From IMG/VR virus record IMGVR_UViG_3300049217_000071, positions 186,001 to 250,000 of that record: a stretch of DNA of 64,000 nucleotides; one strand, 5' to 3'. The position numbers and the translations under genes were made by a program. The notes under the pieces were generated by a model. That model was given only the letters and a program-made list of their open reading frames with translations. It was not told where the DNA came from and made no database searches. Below, piece after piece: positions 37,545 to 47,899 of this stretch. Positions within the stretch are counted from its first letter, which is position 1, and the number at the start of each line of letters is the position of its first letter.

Positions 37545-39451
37545 TGCCGCACGATCCTTCCTACCCAGTTTCTTCTCCTAAAGTGCAGGAAGCGATCCGT
37601 CCATATTCTGATGAAGAACTATCTACCGATAAAGATATGGATGAAAAAATCGAGAAGCTAATGAAGTTTTTCGATGAGCACGGTATCACTTATGATAAGT
37701 TTGTTTCTCCGTCCAGAGATTTTATGGACACCAGTAAGAAAGCCTATCCTAACTATGAGCATTTTGCGTATGTGCCAGGTCAGCATGACACACAGAAATG
37801 GTTGATGGCCGTTAAGGACATGTATTACAAGAAGAAGAGGGGCGTACCCTTTGAAGAGGCTGTTCGCCAGACAACGGGTGGTTGGAAGAAAATGGAGACT
37901 TATGACTTCCTAAATTGGCTCAAGTTTTACGAAGAGGGTGCACACATGAAATACAAATTCGCACAGGTATGGTATGAAAATGGACAGCCAGGATACTTTC
38001 TGCACATCAAGCAGGACACCCAGCAGGTCGCCACACCAACTGTGGATGTGGATGCCGCCCGTGAAGAAGTAAGTCACCAAGAAGAGAAAAGGCAGATCAT
38101 TGAGAAGCAACGAGCCAAGATTATTGGTCGTTTGGATTCCGCTGAAAAGCTACTTCGCTCTCCTGATGGACAAATTTTTGCCGGTCCCGAATTAGAAGGT
38201 TTGATGGAGGCCATTTATGGTCTCAAGAAAAAGGTTCAGTTAGTCAATAAGCTTAGCGTTTCTACTCGTCTCTATGAAGATATGATTGTTCGTGAGTCCA
38301 ACGTTTTGAGACGTAAAGGTTTTGTCAAAGCCGCTAGCTTGCTTTACTCTGTAGCTCAAACCCCCGGTGCGGATGCTGTACTCGGTCCCGATGGACAAGC
38401 TACCGGTGGTGCCGTACCTCCTCCAGCTCCTCCGCCCGATCCCTCTGGTGCAGGCCAATCAGGAACTATGGTAGGCTTACCAGCTACTACCCCAGGTACT
38501 AACCCAAATACTCCAGTGGATGGCGCGGCCCAAACAGAAAGCCAACCATCTGCCGCAGGTCTTCAGCCGCCAGCCGGCCCTCCTGGGACCGCTCAGTCTA
38601 GTCCTGCCATTATGCCTCAAGAAGATCCGCAGCCAGCCGGTATCAAAGAGTTCATGGAGAATATGAACGATGGCAATAAAACCGATGCAGATGATTTGGA
38701 AGTGACTGACAATTTGGAAGTGGATGATCCAGAGCAACAACTCATGGTATCAGAAGCTCAAGCTATGCCCACCGCCCCAGGTGGACCACCTCCAGCTACT
38801 TTGGAAGATGTTCCTATGACGGACACTCCTCCACCAGCACCACTCAATCCGGTAGATCCAATTCCTGCTATTCCTGAAGCTAAACCTGTCGCAGCTCCAG
38901 TAGCTCCAGCTGGTGAAGAACCTTTGGAAGTAACAGAAGACGATATCCCACAAGACACTCCATCAGGTGGTAGCAGTGGTAGTTTAGAGAGCAAGCTAGA
39001 CAGCACATTTGAGAGCGTCACGATGGAAGAAATTGTGGCCGAGCTAAAGGACATTTCCCAATACTACAAGGTTAGAGAAATGCCAAGACGTCTTGCCCGC
39101 CTAGACATGATGTTTGATAGCAAGGGTATTTCTGCTTACTTCCCTTCTTTAGCAGAAGCTCAAAGAAGCGCCCTAGAAGCTAACAACTATATCTCTACCC
39201 GTATCGATGATATCTTATCTAAGGTCAGCGGTTCCCTTGCTTCCAAGGATGTAGGCGCCAAACTCAAGGAAGATCAAGATAAAGAGAAGGCTCGTAAGCA
39301 GATGAGAAAAGATCAAGAGAATGCCGAACTAGAAGGTGGCGGGGCTGCCCCTGCCGCTGGTAAAGAAACTCCACAAGTAGAGATGGGTGAGTTAGCTCCT
39401 CCAGCCGGTGCTCCCGCTAAAGCTCCGGTAGCTCCACGACCGTTAGGCTAA
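37544..39451 (+). CDS. Putative head protein with Pro/Ala/Gly-rich linkers
   Basis: KKAY, KFAQ, SVAQ, SEAQ motifs; low complexity. Confidence 0.55.
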   Translation: MPHDPSYPVSSPKVQEAIRPYSDEELSTDKDMDEKIEKLMKFFDEHGITYDKFVSPSRDFMDTSKKAYPNYEHFAYVPGQHDTQKWLMAVKDMYYKKKRGVPFEEAVRQTTGGWKKMETYDFLNWLKFYEEGAHMKYKFAQVWYENGQPGYFLHIKQDTQQVATPTVDVDAAREEVSHQEEKRQIIEKQRAKIIGRLDSAEKLLRSPDGQIFAGPELEGLMEAIYGLKKKVQLVNKLSVSTRLYEDMIVRESNVLRRKGFVKAASLLYSVAQTPGADAVLGPDGQATGGAVPPPAPPPDPSGAGQSGTMVGLPATTPGTNPNTPVDGAAQTESQPSAAGLQPPAGPPGTAQSSPAIMPQEDPQPAGIKEFMENMNDGNKTDADDLEVTDNLEVDDPEQQLMVSEAQAMPTAPGGPPPATLEDVPMTDTPPPAPLNPVDPIPAIPEAKPVAAPVAPAGEEPLEVTEDDIPQDTPSGGSSGSLESKLDSTFESVTMEEIVAELKDISQYYKVREMPRRLARLDMMFDSKGISAYFPSLAEAQRSALEANNYISTRIDDILSKVSGSLASKDVGAKLKEDQDKEKARKQMRKDQENAELEGGGAAPAAGKETPQVEMGELAPPAGAPAKAPVAPRPLG

Positions 39452-39456
39452 AATGA

Positions 39457-40230
39457 ATGAAACTCCGAGAGCTACTAGATATGATGCAAAAAACTGCTGT
39501 CGAAATTGGTGCCTCTGCTCCAATGATTTGCGGTGGTACGCCCAGAGATAAGTTTCTTGGACGTTTGGAAAACATTGCAGATATCGATGTAACGACCGGT
39601 GATAAGACGGTAGACTATCTTTCCCAAGAGTTTGCTATCAAGTTGCGTAAGCAATTCAACATTACCAGAAAAACGATGGAAGACGGTCATAGCACCATTT
39701 TTGTGGGTAGCTTGAAGGTGGATTTCTCATCCAATTTCATGGTGCCCAATATCGACACCATCCTGGGTCAGATGAACATCCCTAACCCTTCCGATATGCA
39801 AAGAGAGATGTATAGTCGAGACTTCACTTGCAACGCTCTATTGCTGTCGCTAGATCTCAAGAAGATTACCGATCCTACGGGGCACGGCTTTCAAGACATT
39901 CGAGACCGTAAAATCAAGACTTGCCTATCGCCTGAGATTACTCTTACCTCTAATAGAAACCGTGTCGTCAGGGCCATCTATTTGGCTTGCAAGTTGGATT
40001 TCGATATCGATGAGGCTATTATCGATTACGTGCGAAAGAACCCTCAGACAGTCAAGATATCCACTACTAAATCAATGTCAGATAAGCTAACAGAAGCTTT
40101 TACCAGAGATGCCGATAAAGCTTCTAAACTGATTACTAGAATGGGTTTATGGAATTACATTCCTATCAATGAAAAGATGTATCCATACTATCAAGCACAA
40201 CTGAAAGGTAATCTCAATGTCGGTCAATAA
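39457..40230 (+). CDS. Class II tRNA nucleotidyltransferase/poly(A) polymerase family protein
   Basis: GGTPRD..DIDV, RDFTCNAL, DPTG.GFQD, RVVRA. Confidence 0.85.
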   Translation: MKLRELLDMMQKTAVEIGASAPMICGGTPRDKFLGRLENIADIDVTTGDKTVDYLSQEFAIKLRKQFNITRKTMEDGHSTIFVGSLKVDFSSNFMVPNIDTILGQMNIPNPSDMQREMYSRDFTCNALLLSLDLKKITDPTGHGFQDIRDRKIKTCLSPEITLTSNRNRVVRAIYLACKLDFDIDEAIIDYVRKNPQTVKISTTKSMSDKLTEAFTRDADKASKLITRMGLWNYIPINEKMYPYYQAQLKGNLNVGQ

Positions 40231-41551
40231 GAAGGCTTATTTTCAAGGTGGGGGCGGAGTCAACGAACCTACGCCAGGCAAAAAGAAATACAAGTCAGAT
40301 CCGGCCCTGGTGGTGCAGCCCCGTTTTAAAGAGCCATTTTATCGCAACTACGATTTGTATACGATTCCAGGAATGGAAGAGGTGGGTCCTGGCACCGGTT
40401 GGCATGGCCTGCAAAATTATAAAAGCGTTCAGAACTTCTTGAAAGATCGAAGAAAGCGCCTGCAACCCCGTTATGTAGCCGATGATTCTTGGCAAATTGA
40501 TTCAGGGGAAAGAGTCAAGAAGAACCCAGACAAAAAAGCCAGAATGACTATTCTAGAAAGAATCATCAAACAAGCGGTAGCCTGTCAAGATTCGGATATT
40601 GAGTATTCTGATGGAAGAGACGCTTGGATTTGCGGCAATTGCTTACACATGGGACCAAATGCCGGAGGTCCAACTCCATCTGTCAAGGAGCTACACGCTG
40701 GTAAAAATCATAACTCGGATAAGATAGATTGGCGAAATGGCCACTATGAAAATGACCCTAAGTATCTGGCTCTCAAAGAAGAGAGGCGCCACAGAGATGA
40801 AAACGATGGTCCCAATTTCGATTATGGTCATGGGGCTTATGACGCCATGAACAAAGGCGAAAAGATGAAGACTATCACCGATTTCAAGCGCACTAGCCCA
40901 GGTGCCCTAATGGGTGTCAAAGCTGATCATATGATGGCACCTAAAGAACACGGCACCAGTATTTACAACTGGAAGAATAGTCCTTATCAAGGAACTCCGG
41001 GTGCCAAGAACAAGAGAAAGAAAGATACCAACAATATCGATTTCCCCATTGATGAAGAAGTAAATCATCAAGGTGAAATGGTGTATCCCGGAGAAGAGAA
41101 CTATCAAGCTCCTAAGCACTTAGTTGGTCCCGCAGGACCTCCTGGTGATGTCAGCACCTATCCTGGTGATGTAGGGCCAACCGACCAATCTTCCTACATC
41201 AACTCCGCTCAGATAGCCGGAGAGCATTCTTATCTTCCCAAGTCAGATGAAGAGTCTAGATCCGATGAGGCTTTGGATTTCGGAAGAGATTATACAGACG
41301 AAACTCTCTTAGGCCGCCCTAATGGTGGGGGTGAGTCTTTGTCTGATGAGATGCAAGATGACGATAAAGAAATGGATTTGGATGCGCTAGAGGCTAAGTA
41401 TCTAGGATCCACAGAAATTGGATTATTTGGCTTGCCAGATGGGGTAGATCCCGAAGGCCATGATGCCGATCAAACCGAACAAATAGAACAGCCTTTTACT
41501 GGCACATCTGATATTGGCACTCAAATGTATGAAGACAAATGGAACATCTAA
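40217..41551 (+). CDS. Putative head protein with N-terminal YFQGGGGVNEPTP module
   Basis: Module shared with the protease-scaffold. Confidence 0.6.
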   Translation: MSVNKKAYFQGGGGVNEPTPGKKKYKSDPALVVQPRFKEPFYRNYDLYTIPGMEEVGPGTGWHGLQNYKSVQNFLKDRRKRLQPRYVADDSWQIDSGERVKKNPDKKARMTILERIIKQAVACQDSDIEYSDGRDAWICGNCLHMGPNAGGPTPSVKELHAGKNHNSDKIDWRNGHYENDPKYLALKEERRHRDENDGPNFDYGHGAYDAMNKGEKMKTITDFKRTSPGALMGVKADHMMAPKEHGTSIYNWKNSPYQGTPGAKNKRKKDTNNIDFPIDEEVNHQGEMVYPGEENYQAPKHLVGPAGPPGDVSTYPGDVGPTDQSSYINSAQIAGEHSYLPKSDEESRSDEALDFGRDYTDETLLGRPNGGGESLSDEMQDDDKEMDLDALEAKYLGSTEIGLFGLPDGVDPEGHDADQTEQIEQPFTGTSDIGTQMYEDKWNI

Positions 41552-41609
41552 AACCAAGCAATATCATTGCATATAACCATATGAAGAAAGCAGACCCAGA
41601 GGTATCTCA

Positions 41610-42572
41610 ATGACTTTACAATCCCAAGCCCAAGAGCTATTCGTTATGGATATGAGCCCGCCTAAGGCTTCGCAGTTGCCAGCTATGGATACTCATATGA
41701 TGGACGAGCAGCAACACGAGCATCACCACGAAATGGAAAGTGGCCACCACATGATGGGAGGCCCAGCCGCCATTGAAGTGGGTGAACCAGTTGATATCTC
41801 TATCGTAGTAGAAGAGTTGCCAGGCGCACCAGCCGGCACCAAAGACCCTGAGCCGATGATTGAGGTTCAAGAGGAACCTATTCACGCCACCGAAAAAGAA
41901 GATGCCAATGATGCGAAGAAAAGCGACAAGGGCGGCAAAGGCGAAAAGTGGGATTGGGCTAAGCAAGGTCCACACGGTTTCGTGGCTTGGATCAAGAGTA
42001 GAATCGAAGATGTGCCACAGCACTCTGGTTATGATTCTGCCGGTCTAGAACGTGCTATGGCTTATATGGAAAGAGTGGACAACGAAATCTCCAAGGCTAT
42101 GAGAATGGACTTGGATGGTGAACTAGACGCTAACAAGATTGAGAAAGTGCGTTCCGAGTTAGATGAAGGTATCGCTAGACTACAAGCTCGTCTTGATAAA
42201 GTCAAGGACGCTAAGAAGTCCTCCAAAAAGCGTAAGAAGTCCGCTGAATATGAAATGGACAGCGAAGGGTTTGTCAAAGAAGCTCAGAAGATTACTGGTG
42301 TGCAAGGCGTTTACGTCACCGTTCCACTTCTCATTTCTAGAGTAGCTCGTGTATGTGTCAACGGCACCGTATCAGCAGGTCACGACATTGAAGACTTGTA
42401 TGCACGTCAAGTCAAGATGTATAATCTTGACAAGCGTGAGCAGGCTGAAGTAATGCAGCTTTTGTTTGATATGGGATACCCACTTCGTCAAGATCGTGGC
42501 TTTATGCCAGACGACAACTTGGAAATTTGGGACAGCGACAATATGGATTGGGCCGCCAACTATAGAGGTTAA
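41610..42572 (+). CDS. Putative head protein
   Basis: GAGG SD; His-rich N-terminus; DANDAKK, KEAQ. Confidence 0.55.
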   Translation: MTLQSQAQELFVMDMSPPKASQLPAMDTHMMDEQQHEHHHEMESGHHMMGGPAAIEVGEPVDISIVVEELPGAPAGTKDPEPMIEVQEEPIHATEKEDANDAKKSDKGGKGEKWDWAKQGPHGFVAWIKSRIEDVPQHSGYDSAGLERAMAYMERVDNEISKAMRMDLDGELDANKIEKVRSELDEGIARLQARLDKVKDAKKSSKKRKKSAEYEMDSEGFVKEAQKITGVQGVYVTVPLLISRVARVCVNGTVSAGHDIEDLYARQVKMYNLDKREQAEVMQLLFDMGYPLRQDRGFMPDDNLEIWDSDNMDWAANYRG

Positions 42573-42574
42573 TA

Positions 42575-43237
42575 ATGGCTAAACAACCAAGACAACAGCC
42601 GGTCATTCACCGTCAGTCTGAAGAAGAGGTCAGTGAAGACCATTGGCTGCGTCAGTTCGAGCAGAAGCTACAAAAGACCAGCGTGCAACCACGTGGTAAT
42701 GAGTCTTTGTTCGAGCAGATCAATACCATTATGAATGGCAAATCTAAGTATCCTTCCGTGCAAGCTGCCGTGGATGATATGATGCACCGTAGTGGTTTGT
42801 CTGGTTATCTAGACAATGTCAAGACTTCCGAAACAGAAGCTCCTACCCAGCCGAAAAAAGTGGCCCAGCAAGTGGATCGAGCTAGACTGCAAGAAGTCAA
42901 AACTAATCCGAAGACACCTAAGGTCATCGAAGAGAAGCCAAGCATTCTACACACTCTGGAAAACATCATTCGAGACTCCAAGGGTAATCTTTCTGTGCCA
43001 ACCATCATCAGCCGTCTTCACGCTTTGCATGCCTCTGATGTGACGGATGAATCGGCTTGGGACGATGATAAACTCATTCGTTTGGTTAGCTATTTCAACA
43101 TCAAGGCCAAGAAAGACAACCCAGCTAACTTCGAGAATTTCGATAACCTGGGCAAGCGAGATCATTCTACCGCCGACTCCGATATTGATCCATCCAACAC
43201 AGACGCTTTCAATGTGTTGATGCCTGCCAAACTTTGA
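42575..43237 (+). CDS. Putative head-region protein
   Basis: GAGG SD; KKVAQ. Confidence 0.55.
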   Translation: MAKQPRQQPVIHRQSEEEVSEDHWLRQFEQKLQKTSVQPRGNESLFEQINTIMNGKSKYPSVQAAVDDMMHRSGLSGYLDNVKTSETEAPTQPKKVAQQVDRARLQEVKTNPKTPKVIEEKPSILHTLENIIRDSKGNLSVPTIISRLHALHASDVTDESAWDDDKLIRLVSYFNIKAKKDNPANFENFDNLGKRDHSTADSDIDPSNTDAFNVLMPAKL

Positions 43238-43923
43238 GGTTTTTCTGGTGGATATTTAGCGAGAGATATCTTGCTACAATTACAGTTGAAACATAAAGCC
43301 TGCAATCCTAGGTTTTGTGGGAATTCGTGATTTATTAACCAACGATAAAAGGCTGATCCGGTTTTGTATCCATATTTACGACGTTGTTCTGCTCCGTCAT
43401 TATTTTTATGGTCGATGGTTAGTCGCTCGATTCTATCTTCTGAACATTCTGCACAACAACCACCATATATTGCAATTACTATCTTCTTTTTCTGTAGTGC
43501 ACGTTTATCTTTGTAAACGACATTTTTACTACAATTGCAGTTGTAGCATAGAACTTGGTATACATCTCTATTTATCAAATTGTTATACAAGTGATCAATT
43601 AGGTTTCCTGTCATTTCTCTACGATGGGCATTCCCACCACCATTGATGTGATCGATAGTGAGTTTGGTATAATCATCTTCTCCACAACCAGCGCATTGAT
43701 TGCCATAAAAAAGAATAACCGCACTACGTCTCATACGTTGTCTGTCAAGTTGTTTTTTACCGTAGTTAGGATCACTTTTATGGTATGTTCTGCCGTACTC
43801 TCGGAAACAGGGCGTGCATAGATAATTGCTGCGTTTGACCAGATATTTGAGCCAGTTTTCCCTGGTTAGCTTTACATTGCATTTGATACATCTTTTGAGA
43901 CTACGATTTTTTTGTGAGTGCAT
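43162..43923 (-). CDS. Antisense tandem double-HNH homing endonuclease
   Basis: Two YG..CxxC..LTIDH..G..QxLCxNCN units. Confidence 0.85.
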   Translation of the reverse strand: MHSQKNRSLKRCIKCNVKLTRENWLKYLVKRSNYLCTPCFREYGRTYHKSDPNYGKKQLDRQRMRRSAVILFYGNQCAGCGEDDYTKLTIDHINGGGNAHRREMTGNLIDHLYNNLINRDVYQVLCYNCNCSKNVVYKDKRALQKKKIVIAIYGGCCAECSEDRIERLTIDHKNNDGAEQRRKYGYKTGSAFYRWLINHEFPQNLGLQALCFNCNCSKISLAKYPPEKPQSLAGINTLKASVLDGSISESAVE

Positions 43924-43950
43924 ATAGAGTAATATATCACTATTCCTAGT

Positions 43951-45828
43951 ATGCCCACTCTAGAAATCGAAAATAAAGACATGTTCAATAAGCTGAAGAA
44001 ACAGCTAATGATGTACGATCCTGTTTATTTCGCAGAGGAGAATCTAACCTTAGAAGGTAAGCCCTTCACCTTACACGGCAACGGATATAAGCCCTTCAGC
44101 GAAATCTACCGATACGTAGGAGTCAAAGCTTTAGAGCCAGATTCTAAACCGATTCTCATCGTGAAAGGCCGTCAGGTTGGCGCTACTACTATGGCTAGTG
44201 CCCTAGAGATGTATTTTATGGGCTGTGGGCTTTTTGGCAACGGTATTCGTCCACCTATCCGTGTCATTCACGCTTTTCCACAGTTAGAACTAGCTGCCGC
44301 TTATTCTAAGACCAAGCTCAATCAGATTATTGCTACTGCCAAAATCCCAGAAGGCACCAATACAACCAAAGGTTCCCGCCCTAAGTCTTGTATGCAACTT
44401 CTCTTGGATCAATCAGCAGCTACCAACGATTCCTTGCACTTCAAGCAGTTTGCAGGCGGCAACCATTTATGGGTAGAGTCTACTGGTATTGATGCTGACA
44501 GAATTATGGGTCGTACTGCCGACATCATCTTTTTTGACGAAGTGCAGAAGACGACTGCCCAGGCTATGGGAAATGCTCTCAAGATTTTGACCAACGCCGC
44601 CTATGGTAGACCTACTAAAGGCGTGCAAGTTTACTTCGGAACCCCGAGACGTAAAGGCTCTGATTTTCACGGTATGTGGGAGAAGTCTTCTCAACAGTAT
44701 TACTACCTAGGATGTGAGAAATGCGAAAAGCACTTTCCATTTTACACTCCAGGCTCTGATGACTGGGAAAAGATTTGGATCCATGGTAAGGTAGTCAAGT
44801 GCCCATTGTGCGGCCACGAGCAAGATAAACTAGAAGCTCAAGAACGTGGCAAGTGGGTTGGTCTGAAAGATGCCAGCGAGTCCGATTTCATTGGGTTTCA
44901 CATCAATCAACTCTACATGCCAAGATTTACCCGTGAAGACATAGAAAATGAAAAGCCGGGCAAGCATCCTATCAACACGGAGAGAGTTTATCAGAACGAA
45001 GTTTTGGGAGAGTTCTTTCAAGGAGATTCCAGTCCTATTACTCCAGAAGAGATTCGTTTGCTATGCAGAGATGAGGGTAGAAAATTCAGTGCTCGTATTG
45101 TGCCCACCAAGGGATTGACGCAGCAACTAGCTATTCTGGGCATCGACTATGGTGCTCGTTCCGATTTGGAGCAGTTAGCTCAGCCCGATAAAATCAAAGC
45201 TACCGGGCAATCTTACAGTACGGCCGTAGTTCTATTGACTAAGGGCCCAGGATTACTTTCTATCGAGATGGCTCTCAAGTTCAAGCGCAATGACCCGGCC
45301 AGTAAGAAAGGTATCATCGATCAATTGATGAGGCAATACAACATCAGTTTGGCGGTAGGAGATATTGGTTATTCCAATGACTTCTCTTATGACTTGCACC
45401 AAACTTATGGAGACAAATATCTCGTCTCTCGTGCTCATAACAGAGTCAATGATCACGTCAAGGTCAATGCAGATGCCTTTCCTAAAGAGATCATCTTTGA
45501 GAGAGATTTCTATATCGGTGAACTGTATGAACAAATGAAGAAGGGTATGATCAGATTTCCTTATGGTGATTATGAGAAGATAGCTTGGTTAATTGATCAT
45601 TGTTGCAGTATGGAACTCAAGCCCTCTATTTCTAGATACGGAGATCCTAGCATCCATTATGTCAAGGGCGGCACCCCAAACGACGGTTTCATGGCGTTAT
45701 TGAACGCCTACATTGCCTATAAGTTTTTGGTTAGTCGAGGCTTTACCAATAACAATCCACTCTTGCAAACCACTAAAAATGCCAATAAACCATTGGTTAT
45801 CTCTGGGTATGTGCCCCGAAGAATATGA
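43951..45828 (+). CDS. terL: Terminase large subunit (lambda GpA-like)
   Basis: KGRQVGATT, FFDE, GTP, CxxC..CxxC, GFHINQLY, NEVLGE, GIDYG. Confidence 0.9.
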   Translation: MPTLEIENKDMFNKLKKQLMMYDPVYFAEENLTLEGKPFTLHGNGYKPFSEIYRYVGVKALEPDSKPILIVKGRQVGATTMASALEMYFMGCGLFGNGIRPPIRVIHAFPQLELAAAYSKTKLNQIIATAKIPEGTNTTKGSRPKSCMQLLLDQSAATNDSLHFKQFAGGNHLWVESTGIDADRIMGRTADIIFFDEVQKTTAQAMGNALKILTNAAYGRPTKGVQVYFGTPRRKGSDFHGMWEKSSQQYYYLGCEKCEKHFPFYTPGSDDWEKIWIHGKVVKCPLCGHEQDKLEAQERGKWVGLKDASESDFIGFHINQLYMPRFTREDIENEKPGKHPINTERVYQNEVLGEFFQGDSSPITPEEIRLLCRDEGRKFSARIVPTKGLTQQLAILGIDYGARSDLEQLAQPDKIKATGQSYSTAVVLLTKGPGLLSIEMALKFKRNDPASKKGIIDQLMRQYNISLAVGDIGYSNDFSYDLHQTYGDKYLVSRAHNRVNDHVKVNADAFPKEIIFERDFYIGELYEQMKKGMIRFPYGDYEKIAWLIDHCCSMELKPSISRYGDPSIHYVKGGTPNDGFMALLNAYIAYKFLVSRGFTNNNPLLQTTKNANKPLVISGYVPRRI

Positions 45829-45910
45829 AAGCGGCCTAAATACTTGGGTTTTCTACTGATATATCACATATAGGGTATTAGTAGAGAGTATAGTGGAACT
45901 ATGAGGCAAT

Positions 45911-47824
45911 ATGGGCAGCATTAAAAAATCAGGTTTAGGGAATGATCAATCCTTCTCAGCAAGGTTTATTTCCAACAGATCTAATATTCCACACGTTAGT
46001 GCGATTATGGCTAACGGTATTTCTGAAGAGAGAAGGGTTATTCTTTCTGATGAAGTCGATCAAGGTTTCTTTCGAGACGGCTCTGGCCCCAATTACAACA
46101 AGCTTTCGATGGAAAATGCAGAAACGACCAATGCCCGTGTAGTGTCTTCCGCTCATTCTCAGCCATCCATCATTTCCAAATACGCTCAATCTGTCAGCAG
46201 TGTAGGTGGTATGTTCCGTGGTATCCACGGAGACTCTGTCAAACAGACTCCAGAAGTATATTCTCCTCTTTGGTTGAATTCTAACCTCAATCTTCCACGT
46301 GATCGTGCTACTATCAATGCTTGGTGCCGCAGCTTTTTCGCCCTCAATCCCTTTGTGCATAACGCTATCAGCTTGCATAGCACTTATCCAATCAGTAAAT
46401 TGAACATCAAGTCTCCCAACAAGGACATCGAAAAGTTCTTCAATGACATGATCGAAGAAATCGATTTGATGAACATCTGCGTGCAGATCGCACAAGAGTA
46501 TTTTTTGCTGGGTGAAGCCTTTGTTTACGCTGAATTAGACGAAGGTAAGGGAAAATGGAGCCGCCTTCACATCCAAAACCCAGACTTCATGATTGTCAAG
46601 CGTACGGTAGTAGCTTCCGAGCCTATCATCATGCTTCGTCCTGATGAAAACCTCAAGAAGATCATCTTCTCTAACCGTCCCACCGATATTGAGCAGCGTA
46701 AGCAGCTCAACGCTCACATTATTGACTCCGTGAGACGTGGTGAGAACATTCCGCTCGACAATTTCCACGTTTCTCACTTAGCTCGTAGGATTAGCCCTTA
46801 TGAAATCAGAGGCACCGGTCTCCCCGTTTGTATTTTCCGTCAGTTGATGCTCTTTGACAAGCTAAGAGAGTCAAAGTATGCTCAAGCTGACAATATGATC
46901 AACCCACTTACCATCGTCAAGATTGGTTCGGCCGATTACAAGCCAACTTTTGCTGACTTGGAAGCTTGGAGAGGCGTCTTTGAGGGAGCTCAATACGATA
47001 AGGACTTCAAGATCTTTACCCACGAAGGTGTAGATGTTACCAGGGTCGGTTATGGCCAAGGTATCTACGATATCTCTAACGATATCACACAACTCATCAA
47101 GGAAATTTACGTAGGTTTACAGGTTCCACCTGTTATGATGGACGGTGGTGCGGATACTACTTACGCTAATGGTGGTGTAGCTTTAGATGTGTTGCGTCAG
47201 AGATACATGCAGTTCCGTAATATGATGTCTCACTGGCTGAAGACCAAAATCTTCGCCCCTATCTCTAAGATTCAGGGATTCTACGATTACTCGGGTGGTG
47301 ATAAGCAACTCATCGTTCCAGAAATCGATTGGAACCACATGAGTTTGTTTGATGCAGGCGACTACATCAACGGACTCGTGACTTTGACTCAAGGTGGTCC
47401 AGATCAGAAGAGAGTTTCTTTGCAAACTCTGTATCGTTCTATGGGCCTAGAGTTTGAGGACGAAATGCGTAAGATGCGTAAGGAAAATATCCAGCAAGCT
47501 ATCTCCAAGAAAGAAGTGGCCGCTTTGGAAAAGATGGATCTCAATGCTCTACGTGCTTTGGATGATGAGGACGAGATTCCAGAGCCATCTACCAGTGACC
47601 AAGCTGTGGAACCAGCCGTTCCGGGTGAAGTGGCGGGCGGACCTCCAGGAACACCTCCAGATGGTATGCCTGATCTAGGATTACCGGGTGGCGCACCAGG
47701 TGGTGGGCCTCCCCCTCCGCCCCCACCAGGTCCTCCACCACCAGCCGCTCCACCAGGAGGCGGAGCAGGCAGTCCAGGTGGCGGTGGCGCATCCCCAGCC
47801 GCTCCGGCAGCTCCTCCAGGCTAA
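45911..47824 (+). CDS. Portal protein with N-terminal extension and Pro/Gly-rich tail
   Basis: Directly follows TerL; GEAFVY..LHIQNPD, H.AR..SPYEIRGT; size. Confidence 0.8.
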   Translation: MGSIKKSGLGNDQSFSARFISNRSNIPHVSAIMANGISEERRVILSDEVDQGFFRDGSGPNYNKLSMENAETTNARVVSSAHSQPSIISKYAQSVSSVGGMFRGIHGDSVKQTPEVYSPLWLNSNLNLPRDRATINAWCRSFFALNPFVHNAISLHSTYPISKLNIKSPNKDIEKFFNDMIEEIDLMNICVQIAQEYFLLGEAFVYAELDEGKGKWSRLHIQNPDFMIVKRTVVASEPIIMLRPDENLKKIIFSNRPTDIEQRKQLNAHIIDSVRRGENIPLDNFHVSHLARRISPYEIRGTGLPVCIFRQLMLFDKLRESKYAQADNMINPLTIVKIGSADYKPTFADLEAWRGVFEGAQYDKDFKIFTHEGVDVTRVGYGQGIYDISNDITQLIKEIYVGLQVPPVMMDGGADTTYANGGVALDVLRQRYMQFRNMMSHWLKTKIFAPISKIQGFYDYSGGDKQLIVPEIDWNHMSLFDAGDYINGLVTLTQGGPDQKRVSLQTLYRSMGLEFEDEMRKMRKENIQQAISKKEVAALEKMDLNALRALDDEDEIPEPSTSDQAVEPAVPGEVAGGPPGTPPDGMPDLGLPGGAPGGGPPPPPPPGPPPPAAPPGGGAGSPGGGGASPAAPAAPPG

Positions 47825-47899
47825 AGAGCTAAATCCATAGATAATCCCTCTACATATTAGAGCATACTTTTAGTAATTGCACAAAGTAAAGGGACTGCT

